A stretch of 64,000 nt of DNA from Bdellovibrionota bacterium (GCA_963668355.1 OY764265.1:2464001-2528000); one strand, 5' to 3'. Shown: positions 38,970-49,436, numbered from the stretch's first letter. Notes: generated by a model not told the origin, from the letters alone. Numbers and translations are program-made.

Positions 38970-40793
38970 TTATTCGGCAAGAATGTCTGCGATGTCTTTC
39001 ACCGTCACATTTTTGTATTCACGGTCCGTGGCTCCGTCACGCACCATCATTTGGCAGAAAGGACAGGAGGTTGCGATGTTCTTTGCCCCTGTTTGAACTA
39101 ATTCATCCGTTCGCTCGTGATTGATTCGTTTCCCTTGGGTTTCTTCGGTAAACAACATGGCTCCTCCAGCTCCGCAACAAAATGATTTGGATCCGTTTCG
39201 AGAAGCTTCCTTTAGTTCGGCTCCGTGGGTTTTTAAAACGGATCGAGGAGCCTCAATGCCTTCTTTGCCTCGATAACGGCTCAGATAGCAGGCATCGTGA
39301 TAAACAACCGACCCCGATTCATTGGTTTTTACCTTAAGTTTTCCTTGTTCCATCAAACGGTTCAGAAAAGAAGTGTGATGTATGAATTCAATGCCCCTGT
39401 TCAAACCCATATCTTCATACTCCTCCAGCGTTGCTAGGCAGTGGGGACATGTCGACACAATGGTTGTAGGTTTCGCTTCGTTTAGCAGGGCAATGTTTTC
39501 TTCTGCGAGTTGTTGGAACAAAAATTCATTTCCGGCCCTACGTGCAGCGTCTCCCGTGCAACTTTCCTCTTTCAAAACTCCCCAGGAAACGCCGGCTTTA
39601 TTTAAAAGCTTGGCGAAAGAGAGGGCCGTTTTTTGATACTGAGCATCGTATCTACCCATGCACCCCATCCAATAAAGAACGCTTTGGTCTTTGAAGAGAG
39701 GGAAAGCATTTTTTGAAATGAAGTCCTCCGCAGCGCCTCGCTCATAACTCCACGGATTTTTTCCGGCTCCCTCCAATCCTTTGAAAAGGTTTCCCATAGG
39801 TGAAGGAAAATTGCCCTCTGCAACCAAGCCCCTTCGAAATTCAATCAAAGGGGTTACGTGTTCCACGCCCACTGGACACTGTGTCGTGCATGCGCCACAC
39901 GTGGTGCACTGCCAGATGATCTCGGAAGAGACCGTGTTTCCAATGACCTCTTTCTCCACGTCTTCTTTTAAAGATTTTCGAAGATTTAAAATGAATTCTT
40001 TTGGGTTTAGTGTTTTTCCCGTTTGGTTTGCAGGGCAATGGTCCATGCATCGACCGCATTCGACACATGTATAAGCGGCCAAAATGGTGTGCGCATCGAG
40101 GTCAAAGACCTTTTCAGCACCAAATTCTTCATTTTCAAAGTCCAGGGGTTTGATTCGCGCAATTCGAAAATCTTTTGAAAACGTGGTGAAGGGAGAAAGA
40201 GCCAAATGCATATGTTTGCTATGCGGAATCAATCCCAGGAAGGCCAAGATGACAATCGTGTGGATCCACCAATTCCATTTTGCTGCTGTGGATTGGGGAT
40301 CAATCCATGTGAAATAGCTCGCCAAATAAGTCACCATTAACACGACGATGAAAACGGCTACGGCAAACGATCCCGGAGAGAATTTTCCCAAGGCTTGAGG
40401 CCGAAGAATGAAACGTCGAAAAGCGAGATACAAAATTCCAATCAAAACGAGAATGGCAAAACCGGCGACAAACCCTCCGAACACTTTATGAAAAGGCCCG
40501 TGTCCGAGAAACGAAACCCCATACCCCCGAAAAAAATGATCCAAGGTTTCCAAGGAAAAGGCCAGAAAACCCCAAAACACAAACGCATGCATGAGGCCGG
40601 GCAAGGGGCGGTCCCGAATGACCTTGCTTTGAAGTAAAACCTCTCCGAGGAAACGTCGAAAACGGGCTCCGAAGGGACCCCAGGAAAGTTTTCCTTTGGC
40701 TTGTTTCACTTGACGGAGGATCCGGGAAAGGGGCACAAAAAACGATGCAAGCGAAAGAAGAATAAGGGCAGAGAGTATGAGTTTCGACATCAT
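38970..40793 (-). CDS. Membrane Fe-S oxidoreductase, FadF/HdrD-GlpC-like
   Basis: TM region with His ligands, CVECGRCMDHCP, CTTCGACTTQCP, CCG domains. Confidence 0.85.
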   Translation of the reverse strand: MMSKLILSALILLSLASFFVPLSRILRQVKQAKGKLSWGPFGARFRRFLGEVLLQSKVIRDRPLPGLMHAFVFWGFLAFSLETLDHFFRGYGVSFLGHGPFHKVFGGFVAGFAILVLIGILYLAFRRFILRPQALGKFSPGSFAVAVFIVVLMVTYLASYFTWIDPQSTAAKWNWWIHTIVILAFLGLIPHSKHMHLALSPFTTFSKDFRIARIKPLDFENEEFGAEKVFDLDAHTILAAYTCVECGRCMDHCPANQTGKTLNPKEFILNLRKSLKEDVEKEVIGNTVSSEIIWQCTTCGACTTQCPVGVEHVTPLIEFRRGLVAEGNFPSPMGNLFKGLEGAGKNPWSYERGAAEDFISKNAFPLFKDQSVLYWMGCMGRYDAQYQKTALSFAKLLNKAGVSWGVLKEESCTGDAARRAGNEFLFQQLAEENIALLNEAKPTTIVSTCPHCLATLEEYEDMGLNRGIEFIHHTSFLNRLMEQGKLKVKTNESGSVVYHDACYLSRYRGKEGIEAPRSVLKTHGAELKEASRNGSKSFCCGAGGAMLFTEETQGKRINHERTDELVQTGAKNIATSCPFCQMMVRDGATDREYKNVTVKDIADILAE

Positions 40794-40990
40794 GTTTTCC
40801 TTCTAAGTATTTGGTTTTAGTCCAAATTACGTTAACACTGCCTCATACCTCGGACAAGAACACGTGAACATGATCAAGGGGCTTGACTCGTTGTGCGTTG
40901 CGCTATACCTTTCCGCGCCGAATTCCAAAGGTCGATATTTTGGCTCAATATGTGTTAGCCTGAAACCGACTTAGACAAGGGGTACTTTGC

Positions 40991-41647
40991 ATGTTGATTC
41001 GGTTGTTCATCGCATTTTGTTTGCCCATGATGATTGTGGGGCAAGCCCTGGCTCGGTCCGATTCTGCAACGTTCCAGAATCAAAAGATGGCGGAACAAAT
41101 TCTTGAGAACGTATTCGATTCTTCTAAGGCCCTGGAAAAACGCGTGTCTTCGCTTTCCCATTTTCATTCAAAAATCGGCAAAGGTTTGAACGAAGGAGGT
41201 CTTTTTCCTAGACCTGAATTCGTTCGTTCGATTACGAACCACTTAATCGCGTCACCCATTCTTCCAGAGGAATTAGAGGAAAACGATTTCGAAATGGTCG
41301 AGCGGTTTCAAATTGAAACCTTTCGAACGGTGGGGTCACTCTGCCTCTGGTTCTATATGAATGCGAAAGAAGAAGACCTTGAAAAGAAACAAGATTCACA
41401 GGGGTTTGACAGTGAAGATGCATTGAACGCATGTAATTTTTCTGCAGCCACGATTGCGCATTCTTCCTTCAGCAAAGATCCGGGAAAGGTAGGGGATTAC
41501 GCTCGGATGACCCTTTTTAATATTGGCATGTATCGATTTCGAGAAGACGCAAGCTTCCAAGACACCATTGAAAAATCCTTTAACTTTGAGTTCCAAGAGG
41601 ACTCTAAGCCGAGCCACTCCAGCTGGCAGATCCCCTTGGAAAACTAA
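40991..41647 (+). CDS. Hypothetical exported protein
   Basis: 218-aa ORF with signal peptide ending ALA. Confidence 0.6.
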   Translation: MLIRLFIAFCLPMMIVGQALARSDSATFQNQKMAEQILENVFDSSKALEKRVSSLSHFHSKIGKGLNEGGLFPRPEFVRSITNHLIASPILPEELEENDFEMVERFQIETFRTVGSLCLWFYMNAKEEDLEKKQDSQGFDSEDALNACNFSAATIAHSSFSKDPGKVGDYARMTLFNIGMYRFREDASFQDTIEKSFNFEFQEDSKPSHSSWQIPLEN

Positions 41648-42049
41648 TTATCTCTGAAGATAAAGGCTTTCGACTTTTTCCAATAGATTCTTTGGGTTTA
41701 CAGGCTTTTCAACGAACTCGTGTACGGGCAACCAACTTTCGTCCCGATCCCGGTTGGAAAATTTGCCTGGGTAGACCCCTTTTTCGTTGATGGCGGAGAG
41801 CATAAGAATGGGAATCTCTTTTGTTGTGCCGTTGTTTTTGAGCTTTCGGGCCAGCTCGAATCCAAGACTTTCATTTTCCGGAAACATCACATCTAAAATG
41901 ACCAAGCCTGGGTCATACGATTGAACGTTTTCAATCATGTTGTTTTCGTCATTCTGAGATTGAACCTCGTATCCCGCGCTTTTAAGGACGATGGAAAGAG
42001 ATTCCACAATGTTTCGGTCATCATCGATGATATAGACTTTCTTGGACAT
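41648..42049 (-). CDS. Single-domain response regulator
   Basis: IIDDD, LDVMFP, LSA, EKP. Confidence 0.92.
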   Translation of the reverse strand: MSKKVYIIDDDRNIVESLSIVLKSAGYEVQSQNDENNMIENVQSYDPGLVILDVMFPENESLGFELARKLKNNGTTKEIPILMLSAINEKGVYPGKFSNRDRDESWLPVHEFVEKPVNPKNLLEKVESLYLQR

Positions 42050-42152
42050 GTTTCTGGCCTCCTGAGAATAGCTCCTAGCACGAATTCGCGTGAGCGGGCA
42101 AATTCTTTTTCAGCTTGTGAGGGGGCGGTGGAGAGCATATCCTGACCTTCCC

Positions 42153-43352
42153 ATGGAACGAAGAGTTGATCAGGTAGCCATAGTGGGTCTTGGCCAAGGC
42201 GGGACTGCGATCTTAAACATGTTGCTGAAAATTCCTGGAATCCAGGTGAAGTATGCCTTTGACAACGACAAAAATGCTCTGGGAGTTGAGTCTGCCAAAA
42301 GCCATGGCATCCAATGCCGAACGGATGGAACGTTTGATGAATTGAAAAACGATTCCGAGGTGGATCTCATTTTCGAAGTCACAGGAAAAAAAGAAATTTT
42401 CGATGTTTTGAAAAAGGTTAAGCACCCCAGCACGAGTGTGCTCACGGCAAGTGCGGCGAAAATCATTTTTCATCTATTGGATACGCAGCGGCGGGCCTCA
42501 GATCGCTTGGAGGAATTGAAACGAACGTTGGAGACGCGAATCATTGAGCGGACGGAAGAAATTGAGCGTGCCAACTCCAGTTTGGAACAAAAAATTGTTG
42601 AGTATGAAGAACTCAATCAGAAGTTGTTGCAGTTAAATGAGGAAAAGACCCGTTATTTGCTCCATGCGACTCATCAATTGAAAGCTCCCTTCGCGGCCAT
42701 CCAAAGCTATGTGGATATCATCATGGAAGGGTATACCGGGGAGATCTCTGCTCAAACGCATGAAATCATGGGAAAAATCAAAACGCGATGCGAAGTCTTA
42801 TCCAATGCGATCAAAGACATGTTGGAATTGGCCAACATCAAGTCCACCGCACGGGAAAAGTTGGAAACCACTCCGGAATGCATGTGTGAGATCTTAGAGG
42901 AGGTTTCTCGCCCCTTGAAGGTTTTGGCGGAAAAGCGAAATGTCGAGATTGTGAAAGAGTGGGATGTGAAAGATTGTAAAGTGCGATGCAATCGGGGGCA
43001 GCTCTACATGTTGTTCGGCGTCCTGATTGAAAATGCCATTCATTATTCAGCGACTGGTTCGAAAATTCGCTTGCGTGTGAATCGAACCGAGGGATCTCAT
43101 TTAGCCATTTCCGTGAAAGATGATGGAATTGGGATCAAGGAAGATCACCTCAACCGGATTTTTGATGAATATTTTCGGTCCAATGAAGCCGTTAAAAAAA
43201 ACGAGAATGGCAGTGGCCTGGGCTTATCTATTGCCAAGGAGATCGCCAAGATTCACAACTTCCATTTGGAAGTACGAAGCAGGGTGGGAAAGGGAACGAC
43301 CTTTACGTTGACCGTTCCCATTTTAATCGAAAACGAAGGTACAACCGCCTAG
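42153..43352 (+). CDS. Cytoplasmic histidine kinase with N-terminal Rossmann-like domain
   Basis: VAIVGLGQGG, coiled coil, HQLKAP, ENAIHY, DDGIGI, GSGLGL. Confidence 0.88.
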   Translation: MERRVDQVAIVGLGQGGTAILNMLLKIPGIQVKYAFDNDKNALGVESAKSHGIQCRTDGTFDELKNDSEVDLIFEVTGKKEIFDVLKKVKHPSTSVLTASAAKIIFHLLDTQRRASDRLEELKRTLETRIIERTEEIERANSSLEQKIVEYEELNQKLLQLNEEKTRYLLHATHQLKAPFAAIQSYVDIIMEGYTGEISAQTHEIMGKIKTRCEVLSNAIKDMLELANIKSTAREKLETTPECMCEILEEVSRPLKVLAEKRNVEIVKEWDVKDCKVRCNRGQLYMLFGVLIENAIHYSATGSKIRLRVNRTEGSHLAISVKDDGIGIKEDHLNRIFDEYFRSNEAVKKNENGSGLGLSIAKEIAKIHNFHLEVRSRVGKGTTFTLTVPILIENEGTTA

Positions 43353-44365
43353 AACGTGAAGGTTCCTTTATTCATGATTTGTTTTCCATCCACGAAAATA
43401 GAAGGGGATCGAAGAACTCCGTCATTATGTGCTTTGCTGGACCAAGGAGCCCCCGTCTTATTGGGGTAGGGATCTCCTAGCGCCAAATGAATGCCTGGAA
43501 ATTTTTCATCTTGAAGAAGATTTCCGATCAAATCTTTTAAATTGATGTTCGTGCCGATCGCGAATTCTCCTAAGTAATGAGAATATTCGTCGGTACCGAA
43601 CGTATATTCCTCAAAATCTTTCTTAAGTTCGGGATTGTCGCATGTCACACTTCCTTCAACACATTTTCCGTCTTTCACGTCATAGGCCAGAGGTGTTTTT
43701 TCCAACTTCCCATATTTTTGATTGAAAAAGTCTCCCAGAACGCCATCCACAACCACATGACCGTTTGCAGAAAGGGGAGCGGTGTAGACTTCGCCATCAG
43801 GCAGGTTGCTCCACTTTGTGGTTCGAAGGTGGCCGTCGCTAATCATCCATTTTCGTTCAGGCGTAAAGGTAGCCGTTAAGTCGGTTCCGGCCGGGGTGGT
43901 GACCCGAATCTCTTTCGCTTTCACGACAATGTCATACACCTTCCGGCAAATGGCTTGAATTTCCTCGTAATTGGCTGCCATTCCTGTGCTCATCATTTCT
44001 TCAGAGAAGTTCGGCATATGGCCGTGGCGGATGCCGTTTTTTTCGACAATATCAATCATGGGCATTCGAAAACTATGAAGTTCACCCGGTTTCCCCCCAG
44101 CAATATAGAAACTGACATTCGCCTTTTCTAGGACATCTCCGATGGCTTTGGGGAATGGAAGGGGCTGACTTTTGTCTTCGGGCCTTTGGCCGAAGTCTTC
44201 CATGATGAATTGAGTTACCGAAGCCCCGATGTCGTTGGCCTCCTTTAATAAGGCATCTGCCAGTTTTTTGGTTTGCTCATCGGTGATGATCACGACTTTT
44301 TCGCCGGCTTTTACTTTGGCACAATTGAGGACGGCCTGTTTGGCACCTGCTTCGATTGCATTCAT
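43349..44365 (-). CDS. M29-family (thermophilic-type) aminopeptidase
   Basis: NLPDGEVYTAP, GEFAIGTN, QDEKFPGIHLALG, HND. Confidence 0.85.
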   Translation of the reverse strand: MNAIEAGAKQAVLNCAKVKAGEKVVIITDEQTKKLADALLKEANDIGASVTQFIMEDFGQRPEDKSQPLPFPKAIGDVLEKANVSFYIAGGKPGELHSFRMPMIDIVEKNGIRHGHMPNFSEEMMSTGMAANYEEIQAICRKVYDIVVKAKEIRVTTPAGTDLTATFTPERKWMISDGHLRTTKWSNLPDGEVYTAPLSANGHVVVDGVLGDFFNQKYGKLEKTPLAYDVKDGKCVEGSVTCDNPELKKDFEEYTFGTDEYSHYLGEFAIGTNINLKDLIGNLLQDEKFPGIHLALGDPYPNKTGAPWSSKAHNDGVLRSPSIFVDGKQIMNKGTFTF

Positions 44366-44447
44366 GGGCATTCTCCAATGTTGGGGTTGTTTTTTGTGGC
44401 CAGTCAACTCCCTTGAAGCCGAAAGATCAAGGCGATTTCTCGAAAAC

Positions 44448-44463
44448 AGTGATTTGGATCACT
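44448..44463. promoter_or_regulatory. Crp/Fnr-like palindrome
   Basis: AGTGAT-TTGG-ATCACT between divergent peptidase and MFS genes. Confidence 0.55.
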
Positions 44464-44568
44464 TAATATTTTGTTAACCGGGTTTAGGCTTGCAACCGTC
44501 GGTTGACGTGATACGACCGGCAAAATTCTTGAGATAAAGCGGTTGAATCGGACAGAGGAGAGTAGAAG

Positions 44569-45861
44569 ATGACACAAAAACGAACACCGTACCCAGGTGT
44601 TTTTTGGGTAGCCAATACCATCGAGATTCTCGAACGGTTTGCGTACTACGGGATTTATTTTGGGTTTGGAATTTACATGGAGAGCTTGGGATTTGCTCGA
44701 GGAGAACTGGGCATTGTCCAAAGTATTTTCCTTTTGGTTTCGTATACGATGCCGGTGATCTCCGGAACCCTCGCGGATAAATATGGTTTTAAGAAGATGT
44801 TGATCATTTCCTATCTGGCCTATTTACCAACCATTCTTCTCCTTCAAGTGACGAAATCATTTGGGGGCATTGTTACGACGATGCTTTTGATTGGACTCGC
44901 AGCGGGTTTCTTCAAGCCTTTAATTGCTGGAACCGTTCGAGCCGTCACCGACTCCTCAAACAAAACCATGGGTTTCGGCATTTTCTATATGATGGTCAAT
45001 GTAGGCGCTTCATTTGGTCCCATTGTGGCCGGAAAACTCCGAGCCATTTCTTGGAACTATGCCTTTGGTGCAGCAGCCATCGGAATCATCGTGATGTTGT
45101 TCATCACCATCTTCTTTTACAAAGAGCCTCCTCGAGAACCCTCGAATGAAACCCTGGGACAGAAGCTTAAAGAAATTGGCGTGGTTCTTTCGGATGTGAA
45201 GTTTTCGGTTTTCTTACTTCTTTTGGGCCTCCTCTTTTGGTTGCCCTTTTGGGCGTTCTTCAACATCTGCGCCATTTATGTGGATAAAAACATAGACACT
45301 GCGGCGCTTTATCATACGATTGCAGCCATTCCTTTGGCGGGAACGTGGTTGGCTAATTTCTTGTCGCATGAAGAGGATGGCGTTCGAAAAATATTGGGTG
45401 AGACCATTGCCCACACGGGATACATCATTCTTGTCTTTCAGTTTTTTGTTTCCAAGAGTGTGGAAAAATTCAAAGCCATGCCGTCCTTTATGTTTGGTTT
45501 ATTCGTATCAGCCATAGGATTCCTGGTCTTGGGATTGGCTGCCAAGGGAGCAGCTTCCTTGGCGTTCTTGGGAATTTTTCTTTTTGCTGTGGGCGAGATG
45601 ATCTCGTCTCCACGAATTCAGGAATACATCACCTGGATGGCGCCCAAAGAAAAAGCTGGCCTTTATATGGGAACCAACTTTCTGGCGACAGCTGTCGCGG
45701 GGCTGACGAGTGGTTTCTACACACGTTTCTATTACTATTTTCGGGATGGCGGAAATGCCGAATACATCTGGTACATCTTGGCCGGGCATATGATTTTGGC
45801 GATCGTCATTTTTATCGCCTTTGGAAAGATTGCAGGCTCGTTTGAAGAGCAAGAGTCTTAA
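44569..45861 (+). CDS. MFS transporter, POT/peptide-transporter-like
   Basis: EILERFAYYG (ExxERFxYY), GFFKP, multiple TM segments. Confidence 0.88.
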   Translation: MTQKRTPYPGVFWVANTIEILERFAYYGIYFGFGIYMESLGFARGELGIVQSIFLLVSYTMPVISGTLADKYGFKKMLIISYLAYLPTILLLQVTKSFGGIVTTMLLIGLAAGFFKPLIAGTVRAVTDSSNKTMGFGIFYMMVNVGASFGPIVAGKLRAISWNYAFGAAAIGIIVMLFITIFFYKEPPREPSNETLGQKLKEIGVVLSDVKFSVFLLLLGLLFWLPFWAFFNICAIYVDKNIDTAALYHTIAAIPLAGTWLANFLSHEEDGVRKILGETIAHTGYIILVFQFFVSKSVEKFKAMPSFMFGLFVSAIGFLVLGLAAKGAASLAFLGIFLFAVGEMISSPRIQEYITWMAPKEKAGLYMGTNFLATAVAGLTSGFYTRFYYYFRDGGNAEYIWYILAGHMILAIVIFIAFGKIAGSFEEQES

Positions 45862-45882
45862 CCCAAAGGTCTAACTCTTGGT

Positions 45883-45922
45883 GGAAAAGCGGGGCGGCTT
45901 TTGCTCGCTCCGCTTTTCCTTT
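45883..45922 (+). terminator. Terminator-like hairpin after the MFS gene
   Basis: GGAAAAGCGGGGCG...CGCTCCGCTTTTCC-TTT. Confidence 0.65.
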
Positions 45923-45933
45923 ATAAGACCTCC

Positions 45934-46530
45934 ATGACAAATTTTTGGGATGAACGCTTTTCGGAGCCCGGTTACGCCTACGGGAAGGAACCAAATGAGT
46001 TTTTAAGAAGTGTCTCCAGCAAGTTACCCAAGGGGAAAACACTTTCCCTTGCCGAGGGAGAAGGAAGAAATGCCGTATTTTTATCTTCTTTAGGGCATAG
46101 CGTAACAGCTGTGGACCAGTCTTCCGTCGGATTGAAGAAGGCAATCGCATTGGCCGAAGAGCGGGGAGTTTCCCTTCAAACGATTCAATCGGACTTGTCT
46201 GACTTTATCATTGAAGCCAATCAATGGGATTCAGCGGTGTTGTTTTTTGGTCATTTTTCGCCAGAACTTCGCCGGTCCATTCACGAACAAGTTGTTTGTG
46301 GGTTAAAAAAGGGTGGTTCCTTTGTTATGGAGTGTTTTTCCAAAGGCCAACTGGGAAGGGGGACCGGGGGCCCACAGGAATTGGCCAAACTTTACGACGA
46401 AAACGATTTGCGGGAAGACCTTCGAGGGATGGAATTTGAAATCTGTCGGACCGTGGTCCGTCAAATCCATCAAGGCAAACACCATGGTGGAGAGGCCGAA
46501 GTGATTCAAATTCTGGCTTGGCGCCGATAG
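45934..46530 (+). CDS. Class I SAM-dependent methyltransferase (TehB-like)
   Basis: FWDERF, LAEGEGRNAVFL, VTAVDQS. Confidence 0.88.
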   Translation: MTNFWDERFSEPGYAYGKEPNEFLRSVSSKLPKGKTLSLAEGEGRNAVFLSSLGHSVTAVDQSSVGLKKAIALAEERGVSLQTIQSDLSDFIIEANQWDSAVLFFGHFSPELRRSIHEQVVCGLKKGGSFVMECFSKGQLGRGTGGPQELAKLYDENDLREDLRGMEFEICRTVVRQIHQGKHHGGEAEVIQILAWRR

Positions 46531-46531
46531 A

Positions 46532-49249
46532 CTATTGCAAGTTGGTTAGGAAAATCCCTGCGTCGCTGGTCCCCACATATTGGAATCCATCTGATCGATC
46601 CAAAATGAGCGTGGCACGCAGGCTCGGCAATAGGGGCGTGTTTCGATCAGATAGCCGGTCGTAGATCTGCTTGTCTTTGAGTACAAAATGGTGGAGCGAC
46701 GCGGTTTCTTCCCACCAAAGTGAAGGATAGCTTGAAAACCAAACTCCCCCTTCTTTGTCAGGAGAAAACAACTTTATAGGTCCGGTAAGGATAACGGGAA
46801 GTGAAGGAATTTCGGTCGTGTGATGGGATTCTTTGGTAAGACACGTAATATTGTCAAAGCCATTGGTATCGCTAAGAGTGGAATAAAACACCCAGAGATC
46901 CCCATTGGAACTCTTTTGGAGACCTCTGATTCTGGCTGGGGCTTCGGCGAGGAGAACTCTTAGTCCTTCGGGTGTTGGTGTGTTCGGGTCGATCTTGTAC
47001 AACTCTTCGTGGCTTAAGAGCCAAATCGAACCAAAATCATCTTTTATGATATTTGTGATTCCGGGAATATGTTCCCCCTCTTGGGTTAAGATCTCCTGAA
47101 CTTGAAATTGGCCGTCCTGATCGAATAAAAGATATAAACGACCGTTTCCGGCGAGGATAAATTTTTGGCTGGACCATTCGACAATTTTTCCAAAACCGGA
47201 AAGCTCCGGGAAGTCATGAGTAGATACTCTTGAAAACTCATCTAAATTCGAGGCCAACGTGATTCGGTGGACCTGATCGGAACCCGCGAGCCAAACATAT
47301 CCTCGGTCATCTTCCAGAATGTCCTGGGGTTGTTTGTAAGCATTGGTGGGGTCAAAAACAAAGGGTTCAAACGAATTGGAGTTTGAAAGACGAATGTAAG
47401 CTCCTGCAGCTGTAAGGACCCAAAGATTTCTCATATGGTCCAAGTGAATTTTTTTGACCCTTTTCGAAGCATAGCCAATTCCTTCCAGGTGATTCTTGAT
47501 GGTTCCGTTGGTTAAGTTGATTTGACTTAAGCCAAAGGTGGTTCCGACCCATAGAGACTCCGAATTCTCTTCTACGGCCGCAGTAACATCATTAGAGGGA
47601 AGTGAAAACGGTGAGTGGATGTGTTGAATGATGGGGACTTCATTTCCACTTAAGTCGACTTTGGATAATCCCTGGCTTCCCGAAAACCAAACGGCATTAT
47701 TTATGGAGTCAAACGAGGGGTGAGTTAGGAGTGCGTCTTCCAGATCTTCCTCAGTCATTATTCCCGAAAAAGAAGAGTCTGCGGGGTTGAAAATGTATGA
47801 TCGTCTCCCACTTAAAAATAAAGAACCATTTGGGAGAAGAAGGAAGTCTGATATCCAAGGGCTTGTTTCCCAATGATTCACGCTCAAGTTTTCGAGAGAG
47901 TCATCTGACATTTGGAGTTGCCATAAACCCTCAGCCTGGAGGGCATAGGTTAGGTGGTCATTGATGCTGATCAGTCCATTGATGGGCTTCGGATTCATCA
48001 AATAGGGGTTTACGTTGGTAGAAAACGTCGATGGATCAGATAAATCGTTCGGATTTAGGAGAACGAGTCCACTTTCGGTTCCGAGCCAAGCCATATTGTT
48101 CGGGGCTGGCTCAATTTGGGTTGCGTTTAAGATGTAGAAATTGTTTTGAGTGCTGCTCATAAGATAGAAGCCGCGTGAGATATCCCCTTCAGGCAAGAAG
48201 AACGGCCCCCTTGTCGTTGCAAAAAATAGTCCGGCGTCATTCTCAAGAAAATCTCGCATTTCACCGGGTCTCAATCGAGTTTCTCGATACGGAATCTTGA
48301 TGGGGACAGCGCCATTTTCTTCGTCGATGAACGAAGCTAAGTCTCGAACCAGGGGATACCGAATGGTTTCTGGGTCTCCGCCTTCAACGTCATCAATGAA
48401 GCGGACGTTTTGTGCATGTTTGTCGTGAATCATGCATGAAAATGCGTTGGGAAGACCAATCCAAAGCCTTTCACGAGAATCCAAAAAGATTTTTTTCAGA
48501 TATTGACCGGTAAATCCGTTTTGAACTCCAAAGGTTGAGATGGTCAACTTATTTTGAACCCATTCCAAATATCCAATGCCGGTTTGTCCCGCCACATATA
48601 CTTCATTTTCATTTTTCACTGCCAAGCTGGAATAGGGCGCCGCAGGAAGACCTTGTTTGGAGTTGAGAATGGTGGGTCTTAGCGTCGTGTCTCCTTGGGG
48701 ATAAATGTAAAGCGCATCTTGGGCCGCCACAAATAGTCCCCTTGAAGTGCTCTGAATGTCATGGATATTATCTGGAAATAGCTTTCTCCACATGACCACC
48801 TTTTCTTCGATGCCGTGGGTGGATTGGAGGCCTTCCAGCCAAAGTCGGACCAGGTCACCTTCTCGAACACCAGAAATCGAAAACTCAAATGAACCATTTC
48901 CTGCGACTTTTCCGCAGTTGCGTACGCCGATCAGAGATTGGTTCTTTAACCCCTGAGCGCAAACGCGTTGACTGGCAAAGTTTCGGTGAACCGATGCGGG
49001 AAGGCCCACAACAGAGGCTTCCTCTGTGTTGGCTCGAAGCAGTTGGACCATGATGAGATTCGGAGAAAAAACCTCGGCCTCCAAGTCTCCAATATCGGAA
49101 GAAGTATCTACATTCCCGAGATCTTGAAGCTCTGTGGAGGAGCGTTCTCCTGAAGTCGGAATGGTGGAGGTTTTGTTACACGCCGAAAAAAGAGAAAAAC
49201 AAAGGAAGATCGAAAGCGCGAGGGCGAGGCGTGGAAAAAATCCCATCAT
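46532..49249 (-). CDS. Large lipoprotein with two-component-regulator-type beta-propeller repeats
   Basis: Lipobox FSAC; repeats such as DSRERLWIG, LPSNDV..SLWVGT..GL, EDDRGYVW. Confidence 0.75.
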   Translation of the reverse strand: MMGFFPRLALALSIFLCFSLFSACNKTSTIPTSGERSSTELQDLGNVDTSSDIGDLEAEVFSPNLIMVQLLRANTEEASVVGLPASVHRNFASQRVCAQGLKNQSLIGVRNCGKVAGNGSFEFSISGVREGDLVRLWLEGLQSTHGIEEKVVMWRKLFPDNIHDIQSTSRGLFVAAQDALYIYPQGDTTLRPTILNSKQGLPAAPYSSLAVKNENEVYVAGQTGIGYLEWVQNKLTISTFGVQNGFTGQYLKKIFLDSRERLWIGLPNAFSCMIHDKHAQNVRFIDDVEGGDPETIRYPLVRDLASFIDEENGAVPIKIPYRETRLRPGEMRDFLENDAGLFFATTRGPFFLPEGDISRGFYLMSSTQNNFYILNATQIEPAPNNMAWLGTESGLVLLNPNDLSDPSTFSTNVNPYLMNPKPINGLISINDHLTYALQAEGLWQLQMSDDSLENLSVNHWETSPWISDFLLLPNGSLFLSGRRSYIFNPADSSFSGIMTEEDLEDALLTHPSFDSINNAVWFSGSQGLSKVDLSGNEVPIIQHIHSPFSLPSNDVTAAVEENSESLWVGTTFGLSQINLTNGTIKNHLEGIGYASKRVKKIHLDHMRNLWVLTAAGAYIRLSNSNSFEPFVFDPTNAYKQPQDILEDDRGYVWLAGSDQVHRITLASNLDEFSRVSTHDFPELSGFGKIVEWSSQKFILAGNGRLYLLFDQDGQFQVQEILTQEGEHIPGITNIIKDDFGSIWLLSHEELYKIDPNTPTPEGLRVLLAEAPARIRGLQKSSNGDLWVFYSTLSDTNGFDNITCLTKESHHTTEIPSLPVILTGPIKLFSPDKEGGVWFSSYPSLWWEETASLHHFVLKDKQIYDRLSDRNTPLLPSLRATLILDRSDGFQYVGTSDAGIFLTNLQ

Positions 49250-49262
49250 GCTTTTTCATTTT

Positions 49263-49279
49263 AGCACAGGGTATGCCAT
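49263..49279 (-). promoter_or_regulatory. Sigma54 promoter
   Basis: ATGGCATACCCTGTGCT on the minus strand, with an A/T-rich upstream tract. Confidence 0.55.
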
Positions 49280-49436
49280 AAAATAACGAAAAAAGAACAT
49301 AAAAAGGCCTTAAATAACAATAAGAAGCAAAAAAAAGAAAAAACTAAGATAGAAACTTGAACAAAAGTAGCACATAAAAGGAAACAAAAGGTTACAGGTC
49401 GCCAATCGGTTTTTTCTTATGTATGTTTTCCGGCTT

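Noticed and set aside
40940..40956. Sixth sigma54 promoter before the exported protein at 40991
   Set aside because: TTGGCTCAATATGTGTT has GT instead of the near-invariant GC at -12
49280..49400. A-rich tract as ncRNA or repeat
   Set aside because: Low complexity without periodicity; more simply an AT-rich promoter-upstream region
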